Shown here: one piece after another, positions 49,201 through 61,200 of the stretch | Position numbering within the stretch: the stretch's first letter is position 1 | Layout of the letters: each line of letters begins with the position of its first letter | Origin: Macrostomum lignano | Taxonomy: Eukaryota | Length of the DNA stretch: 64,000 nucleotides | Reading direction: 5' to 3' | NCBI GenBank assembly: GCA_002269645.1 | Contig: NIVC01000109.1 | Coordinates: 372,001-436,000 of the forward strand | The notes under the pieces: generated by a model | Databases searched by the model: none | Seen by the model: only the letters and a program-made list of their open reading frames with translations | What the model was told of the DNA's origin: nothing | Position numbers and translations under genes: made by a program

Positions 49201-52200
49201 GCCCCCAATTCTACCTGAGAGTCGCCTCCAAACCTACCCGAGAATCGCCCCCAAACCTACATGAGCATCGTCACTAAACCCACCTGAGAATCGCCCCCAA
49301 ATCTATCTGAGAATTGACCCAAACCTACCTGAGTATCGTCACTACTCCTACCTGAGAATCACCACTAAATCGTTACCTCTTATCCCACGCAGGCTACAAG
49401 GCGGTCGTCCTCGCCGCCAACAATTTCGGCCGATTTTTCGCCGGCCAGATCACTGCGGCTGGCAAGATCCCGCCGGCCAAAGTGCTGGTCATTGGCGGCG
49501 GCGTGGCCGGCTTGTCATCCATTGGCGCGGCCAAAAATATGGGGGCTATTGTCAGGGCCTTCGACACCAGGGCTGCCGTTAAAGAGCAGGTGCGTTTGTA
49601 TTGTCTTGGGGTATGTTATGTTGTGTGTAGGTAAAAAAATTGTTGGCAATATTCTTAGTTCAAATAGAGATTTGTACAGTTTGAATGAGGATTTTTACAG
49701 TTTAAATGGGGACTTGTACAATGTGAATGGGGATTTGTACAGTTTGGATGGGCATTTGTACAGTTTGAATGGGGATTTGTACAGTTTGAATGGATATTTG
49801 TACAGTTTGACTGGAGATTTGTACAGTTTGAATGAAGATTTGTACAGTTTGACTGGAGATTTGTACAGTTTGAATAGGGATTTGTACAGTTTGACTGGAG
49901 ATTTGTACAGTTTGAATGAAGATTTGTACAGTTTGACTGGAGATTTGTACAGTTTGACTGGAGATTTGTACAGTTTGACTGGAGATTTGTACAGTTTGAA
50001 TAGAGATTTGTACAGTTTGAATAGGGATTTGTACAGTTTGAATGGAGATTTGTACAGTTTGAATGGGGATTTGTACAGTTTGAATAGGGATTTGTACAGT
50101 TTGACTGGAGATTTGTACAGTTTGAATAGGGATTTGTACAGTTTGAATGGGATTTGTTCAGTTTGAATGGGATTTGCTCAGTTTGAATGGGATTTGCTCA
50201 GTTTGAATGAGGATTTTTACAGGTTTAGAGGGGATTTGTACAGTTTGAATGATGATTTTTTGCAACTAAAACTAACCCATTCCCCGCAGGTCGAGTCATT
50301 CGGCGCGCAGTTCCTGGAGGTGTCGCTGAAGGAGTCGGGCGAAGGCACGGGCGGCTACGCCAAGGAGATGTCACCGGAGTTCATCAAAGCCGAGATGGAG
50401 CTGTTCGCCAAGCAGTGCCGCGAAATCGACATCCTCATCACCACCGCGCTGATCCCCGGCAAGCCGGCTCCCAAGCTCATCTCCCGCGAGATGGTCGAGT
50501 CCATGAAGCCTGGCTCCGTCGTGGTGGACCTGGCCTCCGAGGCCGGCGGCAACATCGAGACTACGAAGCCTGGCGAGCTGTATAAGTACAAGGATGTGGT
50601 GCACATCGGCTACACCGACCTGCCGTCTCGTCTGCCCACTCAGGTTTCTTTACTGATAGAATTCTAATCCCCTTGCTCAGAATCCTAATCCCCTTGCTCA
50701 GAATCCTAATCCCTTTGCTCAGAATCCTAATCCCTGTGCTCAGAATCCTAATCCCTTTGCTCAGAATCCTAATCCCTGTGCTCAGAATCCTAATCCCTGT
50801 GCTCAGAAGCCTAATCCCTTTGCTCAGAATCCTAATCCCTCTGCTCAGAATCCTAATCCCTGTGCTCAGAATCCTAATCCCTTTGCTCAGAACCCTAATC
50901 CCTGTGCTCAGAATCCTAATCCCTGTGCTCAGAATCTTAATCCCTGTGCTCAGAATCCTAATCCCTTTGCTCAGAAGCCTAATTCCTATGCTCAGAATCC
51001 TGATCACTATGTTTAGTATCATGATCCCTATGCTCAGAATGCTGATCCCTATGTTCAGAATCGTAGCTAATCTCTAAGCTCAGAAACTAATCACTAACCT
51101 CATAATGCTGATCGCTAAGCTCAGAATTTTATAATCCCTAAGCTTAGGGTACTAATCCTTAGCTCAATCTCAATCCCAAAGATGATGATAAATTCTACTC
51201 CAGGACTCAATTAAAATCCCTGATTCCCCTATTGCTCAGGCTAGCACTCTGTACGCCAACAACGTGTCCAAACTGCTGCTGTCCATGGGAGCCAAGGACC
51301 ACTTTTATTTGGACATGAACGACGAAGTTGTCCGTGGCTCCTGCGTCATCGACTCCGGCAAGCTCATCTGGCCGCCGCCGCCGCCGCCGGCTCCGCCCGC
51401 TGGCGCTGCAGCTCCAGCAGCCAAGGCGCCCACACCGAAGGAGCTGGAAGCCAAGGAGCCCGACTACTTTGGCGACACGTTGAAAAGTGCAAGCGCCTAC
51501 GGTGCTGGGTTGGGCACCCTGCTCGGTCTGGGCTACGTGTCACCCAATGCCGCCTTCTCTGGAATGGTGAGTCGGTTAGAAGGGTTTTTCACTAGCTTTG
51601 TCCCTGAAGTTATCAGTGTCCCTGAAGTTATCAGTGTCCCTGAAGTTATCAGTGTCCCTGAAGTTTTAAGTGTCCTCTGAAGTTTTTAGTGTCCCTGAAG
51701 TTATCAGTGTCCTCTGAAGTTTTTAGTGTCCTCTGAAGTTTTTAGTGTCCCTGAAGTTATCAGTGTCCTCTGAAGTTTTTAGTGTCCCTGAAGTTATCAG
51801 TGTCCCTGAAGTTATCAGTGTCCTCTGAAGTTTTTAGTGTCCCTGAAGTTATCAGTGTCCCTGAAGTTATCAGTGTCCTCTGAAGTTTTTAGTGTCCTCT
51901 GAAGTTTTTAGTGTCCTCTGAAGTTTTTAGTGTCCTCTGAAGTTTTTAGTGTCCCTGAAGTTATCAGTGTCCTCTGAAGTTATCAGTGTCCTCTGAAGTT
52001 ATCAGTGTCCTCTGAAGTTTTTAGTGTCCCTGAAGTTATCAGTGTCCTCTGAAGTTTTTAGTGTCCCTGAAGTTATCAGTGTCCCTGAAGTTATCAGTGT
52101 CCTCTGAAGTTATCAGTGTCCCTGAAGTTATCAGTGTCCCTGAAGTTATCAGTGTCCTCTGAAGTTTTTAGTGTCCTCTGAAGTTTTTAGTGTCCTCTGA

Positions 52201-55200
52201 AGTTTTTAGTGTCCTCTGAAGTTTTTAGTGTCCTCTGAAGTTTTTAGTGTCCTCTGAAGTTTTTAGTGTCCTCTGAAGTTTTTAGTGTCCTCTGAAGTTT
52301 TTAGTGTCCTCTGAAGTTTTTAGTGTCCTCTGAAGTTTTTAGTGTCCTCTGAAGTTATCAGTGTCCTCTGAAGTTTTTAGTGTCCTCTGAAGTTTTTAGT
52401 GTCCCTGAAGTTTTTAGTGTCCTCTGAAGTTATCAGTGTCCCTGAAGTTATCAGTGTCCCTGAAGTTATCAGTGTCCCTGAAGTTATCAGTGTCCCTGAA
52501 GTTATCAGTGTCCCTGAAGTTATCAGTGTCCCTGAAGTTATCAGTGTCCCTGAAGTTATCAGTGTCCCTGAAGTTATATTTCCCTGAAGTTTAAAAAAAT
52601 TAATTAGTGTTATACTTACATTATATACGAAAATACTCTTGCATTTCTACTTTTAAGTAGTCACTAAACGTCAATTAAAAAGCGCCAAAACTTTCTTCAA
52701 TTTCGCCTCAGCTGACCACATTCTCGCTGTCGACCCTCGTTGGCTACCACACTGTCTGGGGCGTCACCCCGGCCCTGCACAGCCCCCTGATGAGCGTGAC
52801 CAACGCCGTTTCCGGCATCACGGCAGTTGGCGGCCTCCTGCTGATGGGCGGCGGCCTGACGCCATCGAATGTGCCGCAGTCGCTCGGCGCAGTGGCTGCC
52901 TTCATCTCCAGCATCAACATCGGCGGCGGCTTCTTGGTTACCCAGCGAATGTTGGACATGTTCAAGCGGCCTACTGATCCGCCCGAGTTCAACTATCTGT
53001 ACCTGGTGCCCGGGGCCACGCTGGTTGGCGGCTACGGCGCTCTGCTGTACCAGGGCGGCGGTCACGACCTGCACCAGTTGGCTTATCTGGGCTCCTCGCT
53101 CTGCTGCGTTGGGGCGCTGACCGGACTGAGCTCGCAGAAGACCTGCCGCCTGGGTGAGCGGGATTGCTGTTGATCTGTTGGCAGGTAGGGAATGGTTGAT
53201 TGACGGGTAAAGAATATTGATTGACAGGTAGGGAATGGTTGATTGACATGTTGGGAATTATTGATTGTCAGGTAGGGAATCGTAGATTGTCAGGTAGGAA
53301 TGGTTGATTGACGAGTAGAGTATTATTGATTGACAGGTTGATTAATTGACAGGTTGATAGGTTGATCTCAAATGGTTGATTGACAGGTCGGGAATGGTTG
53401 ATTAATAAAGGTAGATCATAATTGACAGTTGAGAATTGATGAATTGATAGATGATTGATTGACAGATAGGAATGATTAATTGGCAGGTAGGGATAGTTGA
53501 TTGACAGGTCGGGAATGGTTGATTAATAAAGGTAGATCATAATTGACAGTTGAGAATTGATGAATTGATAGATGATTGATTGACAGATAGGAATGATTAA
53601 TTGGCAGGTAGGGATAGTTGATTGACAGGTAGGGATGGTTGATAGGTACGCTAGTTCAGATTGGCAGTCTGCAAGCAAGCCCTAACACCCCGCTCCCACC
53701 CCACCCGCAGGCAACGCACTCGGCATGATCGGCGTGTCTGGCGGAGTGACGGCCACCCTTGGCATCCTGCAGCCCGAGCCGTCCGTGCTGGCCCAGATGG
53801 GCGCCGTCTGCCTGACCGGCGCCAGCATCGGCGGAGTCATGGCCAAGCGGATGGAGGTGACGGACCTGCCGCAGATGGTGGCCCTGTTCCACAGCCTGGT
53901 GGGCGCCGCCGCTGTCATCACCTGCGTGGCCACCTACATTCACGAGCAGCCGCACTTTGCCGCTGGCGACACCGCCGCTGCCAACCTGTTGAAGACTGTC
54001 GCCTTTCTTGGTACCTACATTGGCGGCGTGACCTTCACCGGCTCCCTGGTGGCATTCGGCAAGCTGCAAGGCCTGCTGAAGTCCGAGCCGCTGATGCTGC
54101 CCGGTCGCAACGCCCTGAATGCCTCCATGTTCGGCGCCAGCCTGGCTTCTGGCGGCGCTCTGGTGGCCCTGCCCGAGATGAGCTCCGGCCTGGCTGCCCT
54201 GGCCGCCACGACTGGCCTGTCCTCCGTGATGGGCGTCACCCTCACCGCTGCCATCGGAGGTGAGTCTGGGGATCCAAGGGCATCCCAGGGTTCGATTCCT
54301 GGCGCGTCCTGTCGTTAATTTGAGACTTGTGAATTATCATTTAGCTTGTGCAATGTGCGATGTACAAGGGGTGTGCAATAAGTTTCCGGATGTGTAAAGA
54401 AATAGTTAGAGAGCAACTGACAGTCATTTTTTCAAGGTACTCTCCAGAAGAGTCTATATGCAGCCGGACCACTCTGAACTTGGCACTTGACCCCATTGAC
54501 ATGCTTGATGAAGGCCTTGACTGCAGCTTCCGGCGATGAATAGCGAATGCCACGCATCTTCCGCTTGATTTGCGGAAACTAAAAGAAGTCGCACGGGGCC
54601 GAGTTCTTGAATGTGTTTTGTAGCCAGGAATTCGACCACTTGCCTGGACTTGTGGGCGCCCAGTCAGTCGATCGACAACAAAAGTGGTAACTCGGACCAA
54701 TATTCAACCAAATTTCATCGTCTCAGAAGGACGCCATAATCTGATCGATTTTTAACTGAAAATTTAACACACACAAACAAACAAACCAGATGAAATTCTA
54801 AACGATAACAGTCGTCATACGACTTTTATCTGTTTTAGTCGACCGATTTTTTCAAATCAAATCATTTTTTGTACGTAATTCAACGATTTTAAGGGTAAAC
54901 CGTAACGACAACTCAGATATTTACTCGTCAGAACTCCGACTTTCATCTGTAGAAAATCGTGCCGAAAAAATGAAGCGTTTTTGCCCAATTTTTCTCCGCA
55001 AATGAAGGACCGAATTTCAACTATTTTCAACGCCTTTGTCTCATCGATTAATGTCCGCTTTTCTCCGCAAATGAAGAACCGAATTTTAACGATTTTCAAC
55101 GCCTTTGTCCCATCGATTAATGTCCGCTTTTCTCCGCAAATGAAGAACCGAATTTTAACGATTTTCAACGCCTTTGTCCCATCGATTAATGTCCGCTTTT

Positions 55201-58200
55201 CTCCGCAAATGAAGAACCGAATTTTAACGATTTTCAACGCCTTTGTCCCATCGATTAATGTCCGCTTTTCTCCGCAAATGAAGAACCGAATTTTAACGAT
55301 TTTCAACGCCTTTGTCCCATCGATTAATGTCCGCTTTTCTCCGCAAATGAAGAACCGAATTTTAACGATTTTCAACGCCTTTGTCCCATCGATTAATGTC
55401 CGCTTTTCTCCGCAAATGAAGAACCGAATTTTAACGATTTTCAACGCCTTTGTCCCATCGATTAATGTCCGCTTTTCTCCGCAAATGAAGAACCGAATTT
55501 TAACGATTTTCAACGCCTTTGTCCCATCGATTAATGTCCGCTTTTCTCCGCAAATGAAGAACCGAATTTTAACGATTTTCAACGCCTTTGTCCCATCGAT
55601 TAATGTCCGCTTTTCTCCGCAAATGAAGAACCGAATTTTAACGATTTTCAACGCCTTTGTCCCATCGATTAATGTCCGCTTTTCTCCGCAAATGAAGAAC
55701 CGAATTTTAACGATTTTCAACGCCTTTGTCCCATCGATTAATGTCCGCTTTTCTCCGCAAATGAAGAACCGAATTTTAACGATTTTCAACGCCTTTGTCC
55801 CATCGATTAATGTCCGCTTTTCTCCGCAAATGAAGAACCGAATTTTAACGATTTTCAACGCCTTTGTCCCATCGATTAATGTCCGCTTTTCTCCGCAAAT
55901 GAAGAACCGAATTTTAACGATTTTCAACGCCTTTGTCCCATCGATTAATGTCCGCTTTTCTCCGCAAATGAAGAACCGAATTTTAACGATTTTCAACGCC
56001 TTTGTCCCATCGATTAATGTCCGCTTTTCTCCGCAAATGAAGAACCGAATTTTAACGATTTTCAACGCCTTTGTCCCATCGATTAATGTCCGCTTTTCTC
56101 CGCAAATGAAGAACCGAATTTTAACGATTTTCAACGCCTTTGTCCCATCGATTAATGTCCGCTTTTCTCCGCAAATGAAGAACCGAATTTTAACGATTTT
56201 CAACTTCTTTTTGAAAATAAAATGAGACCGGACATGAAGAACTGCTTTCTTTATACAAAGAAGTCTAAACGCATGGACTTGCGTTACGTAGAATAATATA
56301 GGCGAACTGGGTGTATTTACTGTACGTTCGTAAGTGCCGTATAAAAGCAATAACTGTGCTTTTACATGAATTGCAAATACATGAACAGCTATAGAAAAAA
56401 TTATTGAGCAAAGTAGTTTTATAAACAATTGTAACTGCTGAATGAACGCTAGAACGATAACTGCTAAAAAGAATTGCATCGCTTGCTAATACATGGATAT
56501 AAAAAGTTTAGTAAGCAAAACTAGCAATCAGCGCCGCTGCTTGGTCTGCCCCGCTTTGCGGTTGCCGGCGACTTGGCTTTCTGCTGTCGCTTTCGACGCT
56601 GTGAAATAGCGTCAACGCAGCGTGCGAAAGCGATGCCAAGGTCTTTTCGCGCAATCTCAATTCCGTTGTTGGTCAGATTACTAATTATTATGTCAATTTT
56701 AACTTCATCTGCGGCATGGCGAATCTCGTCCCCGTTGTAGTGAAAGCATTCGAATAAAGCCACGTAGAAGCAAGCCCATTTTCTTTGCTTTCGTATCAGC
56801 GCCGTGAGCCTCTTTATATTCCTTGATGTTCTTCGACAGCGTGTTGCGATCTACCGAGCGCACGTGCACGCCAGACAAGCTCTCGGATAGTGGCACGAGA
56901 AAATTGGTGACTTAATTTTTCAATCTGGACGGTCTTGCTTTTGGCAGAAAAGCTGCCGCAAAAGCCACTTGCAGATGCCACCGTCGAACTGGTGCAGGAA
57001 GCAGGGAGGGCATCCAGCAGTGAAATCGAAGCCGTTTAACTGCTCCAAAGGTGATACGGCATACACCTGTAACAAATTTCAAAGAGGAAACTTTAAAATA
57101 ACATAAAGCTAGGGCGAAAAGCTCAATAAAATTCCTGTGTGCGGGAATATTAGGGGCTAATTGAAGTGTGTCTCTTTTGGTGCGAACACCGGGTGAAGTG
57201 CAACCAGCTCGCTGTGCTGCCCGCTTCATGCGGTCGGTGACTTGAACAGAATAGTAGCGGCCTCCTGCAGTCGGTTGCGCTTCGTTTGTACATAACATTT
57301 ATCGCAGCCATAGGTGGCGTTGTAACGCTTCACTCCGATTACATCGGCGCGAACTGGGGCATCAAAAATTGCGATCAACGGATGCAAATGCAGACGCCGC
57401 GGTAGTCCCTTTTCGTCAACAACTGTAATTCCCACCTCGCGAAAATCGTTTAGCACAGGAACAACCATCTGGAGAAATTGCGAAGCTTTTAGTTTACGTT
57501 TTCCCGTCCACAAAGCGCATCTTAAATTTGTCATTAACTTTGTTTATGACAAGATAAACGGGATAGACTTCGGCAGGGGATGTCCTCGAAATAGAGAAAC
57601 CGTCCGTACACAAAGTTTAACTTAATCGCGGCGGTCTTGCGGTTTAATTGTCTGCAGAAACCGCTAATATGCTATGCTTCCAGCAAAACTTAGACAACCA
57701 GGCTTGTACACTAGATCGCAAGCAAATGTTACAAACCGCAGCATATTATATTCTTTGATCATCGTAAGCAATTGCGTGCGAACGTCCAGAACCCAAAACT
57801 TAACAACCGCCGAATGACAATCTGGACAGCACTCGTCAGCTGCTACTGCTTCAACGCGGCTCACATTAAACGTACTACACACAAAGTCGCACGTAGCATT
57901 CTTCGGACGAAATGGGCTTTTGCAAGGTTGAATTCCGATAACTTTATCAAGTTGGCGCAGACTTATGGGGACGGAGTTTGCCCTGGTCAGAAGACGTTGC
58001 AACAGATCAAGCAATCGCTTTTTTGGTTGTCGGCGCAACTTGCTTTTTATGGCGAATTCTTAAATCTCGGTAGCAGCCTGCTTAATGCTTAGACAGGCAC
58101 CCAAAAAAATGGATTCTCTAGCAGCATGGCATCGTCATCCGATTCATGGTTGGAGTCATCAGTCTCGGATTCGTCAGCGTTGGACTCAATATCGCTGATG

Positions 58201-61200
58201 GGGGGGGGCTTGCTCATGATTGGCGTCAGAGTCATCGCTGGACTCATCGCTGATGGGGGGCTGCTGCTCATGATTGGCGTCGGAGTCATCGCTGGACTCA
58301 TCGCTGATGGGGGGCTGCTGCTCATGATTGGCGTCAGAGTCATCGCTGGACTCATCGCTGATGGGGGGCTGCTGCTCATGATTGGCGTCGGAGTCATCGC
58401 TGGACTCATCGCTGATGGGGGGCTGCTGCTCATGATTGGCGTCAGAGTCATCGCTGGACTCATCGCTGATGGGGGGCTGCTGCTCATGATTGGCGTCGGA
58501 GTCATCGCTGGACTCATCGCTGATGGGGGGCTGCTGCTCATGATTGGCGTCAGAGTCATCGCTGGACTCATCGCTGATGGGGAGCTGCTGCTCATGATTG
58601 GCGTCAGAGTCATCGCTGATAGGGGGCTGCTGCTCATCATTGGCGGCGGCGTCATCTCTAGACTGCTGCCTCATTTTCTTTTTAGATTCCCTGAGTCGCT
58701 TTTTTGCCGCTTTCTGTTCGTCTGTGGCATCACGGAAGCTGAAGGTATTGAGGAGTAATGTTGCATCATGATTAAAAAATAAATTATATTACGCAACAAT
58801 CTAAGTGCCGACTTTTATACAGGAATGCTATGGACACCTAAGTTACCCAACTACCAACTTATTTAACCGTAGTCGATAAAAAAACAAAGTAACAACTCGA
58901 AATTAAGTTCAACATTCATCATTTTTATAATTTAATGAAATTCGGAGGAACACGGATAAACAACGGATCAACACAACTCAAGATTCAGTTCGACTTTCAT
59001 CGTTTTTTAAATGGGCGGCAACTGGGGAGAGCACTTAGAACTTCTGGCAGGCAGTAGTCGGTACACCAGTTGCCAATGACTGCGCTGCTGCACAAGTGAG
59101 ACGGTCACAATACATGTAGATGATCAGCTTTCGTCACAAAAACGGCCAACATCTGCTTTGCAACGCTGCGCTCTCACTGCAGCTTCAATGATGGGGCGCC
59201 TCCAACTGGTGTCCACTGGGCCGACTGCTGCTTGGTCTCTGGGTCAAAACTGTAGATCCAGGATTCGTCACCACTGACGATTTCCCAGACCGAGTTTGAG
59301 CGGCCATCATCGAATCTGTAGAGCATGGCATGGCACCAAGCCACCCGAGCCTCCTTTTGCTCCTCCGTCAGGTGATGAGGCACCCAGCGTGCAGAAATCT
59401 TGCTCAGGTTGAGCCTTGAGTGCAGGAATCGTGCGGATGGCTGCCGATGAGATGCCGCTTCTGCCTCTATCTGGGCCACAGTTGCCCTGGCATCATCCTC
59501 AATCATGGCCCGAATAGCAGCAACATTCTCATCCCTTGCTTCTGCAGTCATCATCATCCAGACTCCGTCGGCCATGTCGAAATTCAGCAAACCACTCAAA
59601 AACTGTGGACCTGGAAGGTGCTTCATTACCAAAGTTCCAAAGCTTAAAGTTCCTCAAAGCTATTCTGATTGCCTTAAACAGCAGCGCAGGCTTTATAGAG
59701 TGAATTTGTCTGAAATTGCACAACTGTAATCACAAGATAATTGTACATAATATCTGCTATGCCGAATTGTATACATCTCCTTCCCAATTTGTGCCTCCGA
59801 AAGCTTATTGCATACCCCTCGTAGCCTACTGAAGGATTAGGGATAGCCTACTGAAGGATCAGGGATAGCCTACTGAAGGATCAGGGGTAGCCTACTGAAG
59901 GATCGGGGTAGCCTACTGAAGGATCGGGGTAGCCTACTGAAGGATCGGGGTAGCCTACTGAAGGATCGGGGTAGCCTACTGAAGGATCGGGGTAGCCTAC
60001 TGAAGGATCGGGGTAGCCTACTGAAGGATCAGGGATAGCCTACTGAAGGATCAGGGGTAGCCTACTGAAGGATCGGGGTAGCCTACTGAAGGATCGGGGG
60101 TAGCCTACTGAAGGATCGGGGTAGCCTACTGAAGGATCGGGGGTAGCCTACTGAAGGATCAGGGATAGCCTACTGAAGGATCAGGGGTAGCCTACTGAAG
60201 GATCAGGGATAGCCTACTGAAGGATCGGGGGTAGCCTACTGAAGGATCAGGGATAGCCTACTGAAGGATCGGGGGTAGCCTACTGAAGGATCAGGGATAG
60301 CCTACTGAAGGATCGGGGGTAGCCTACTGAAGGATCAGGGGTAGCCTACTGAAGGATCAGAGATAGCCTACTGAAGGATCGGGGGTAGCCTACTGAAGGA
60401 TCGGGGGTAGCCTACTGAAGGATCAGGGGTAGCCTACTGAAGGATTGGGGTAGCCTACTGAAGGATCAGGGGTAGCCTACTGAAGGATCAGGATAGCCTA
60501 CTGAAGGATCGGGGTAGCCTACTGAAGGATCGGGGTAGCCTACTGAAGGATCAGGGTAGCCTACTAAAAGATCGGGGGTAGCCTACTGAAGGATCGGGGT
60601 AGCCTACTGAAGGATCGGGGGTAGCCTACTGAAGGATCAGGGATAGCCTACTGAAGGATCGGGGTAGCCTACTGAAGGATCGGGGGTAGCCTACTAAAGG
60701 ATCAGGGTAGCCTACTGAAGGATCAGGGGTAGCCTACTGAAGGATCGGGGTAGCCTACTGAAGGATCGGGGTAGCCTACTGAAGGATCGGGGATAGCCTA
60801 CTGAAGGATCAGGGGTAGCCTACTGAAGGATTGGGGTAGCCTACTGAAGGATCAGGGATAGCCTACTGAAGGATCGTGGGTAGCCTACTGAAGGATCGGG
60901 GGTAGCCTACTAAAGGATCAGGGGTAGCCTACTGAAGGATCAGGGGTAGCCTACTGAAGGATCAGGGGTAGCCTACTGAAGGATCGGGGTAGCCTACTGA
61001 AGGATCGGGGGTAGCGTACTGAAGGATCAGGATAGCCTACTGAAGGATCGGGGTAGCCTACTGAAGGATCAGGGATAGCCTACTGAAGGATCGGGGGTAG
61101 CCTACTGAAGGATCGGGGTAGCCTACTGAAGGATCGGGGTAGCCTACTGAAGGATCGGGGTAGCCTACTGAAGGATCGGGGTAGCCTACTGAAGGATCGG

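Larger units (their letters stand above)
54659..59015 (-). mobile_element. CMC/EnSpm (CACTA-type) DNA transposon nested in the mariner; transposase degraded
   Basis: CCCA...TGGG ends flanked by a 2-bp CG on both sides. Minus-strand motifs [53 protein letters not shown] and [15 protein letters not shown] resemble the tnp2/Transposase_21 family. Confidence 0.7.
54365..59821 (-). mobile_element. Decayed Tc1/mariner element (mariner family), split by a nested insertion
   Basis: TA|CAAGGGGTGTGCAATAAG... and ...CTTATTGCATACCCCTCG|TA form about 28-bp TIRs with TA TSDs. Transposase pieces: [43 protein letters not shown] (59000-59720) and [11 protein letters not shown]...[15 protein letters not shown]...[11 protein letters not shown] (54420-54660). 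It carries stops and frameshifts. Confidence 0.9.

Noticed and set aside
54990-56205. CRISPR array
   Set aside because: The units are contiguous with no spacers, there are no cas genes, and the context is eukaryotic. The same applies to the 32-bp array at 25145.
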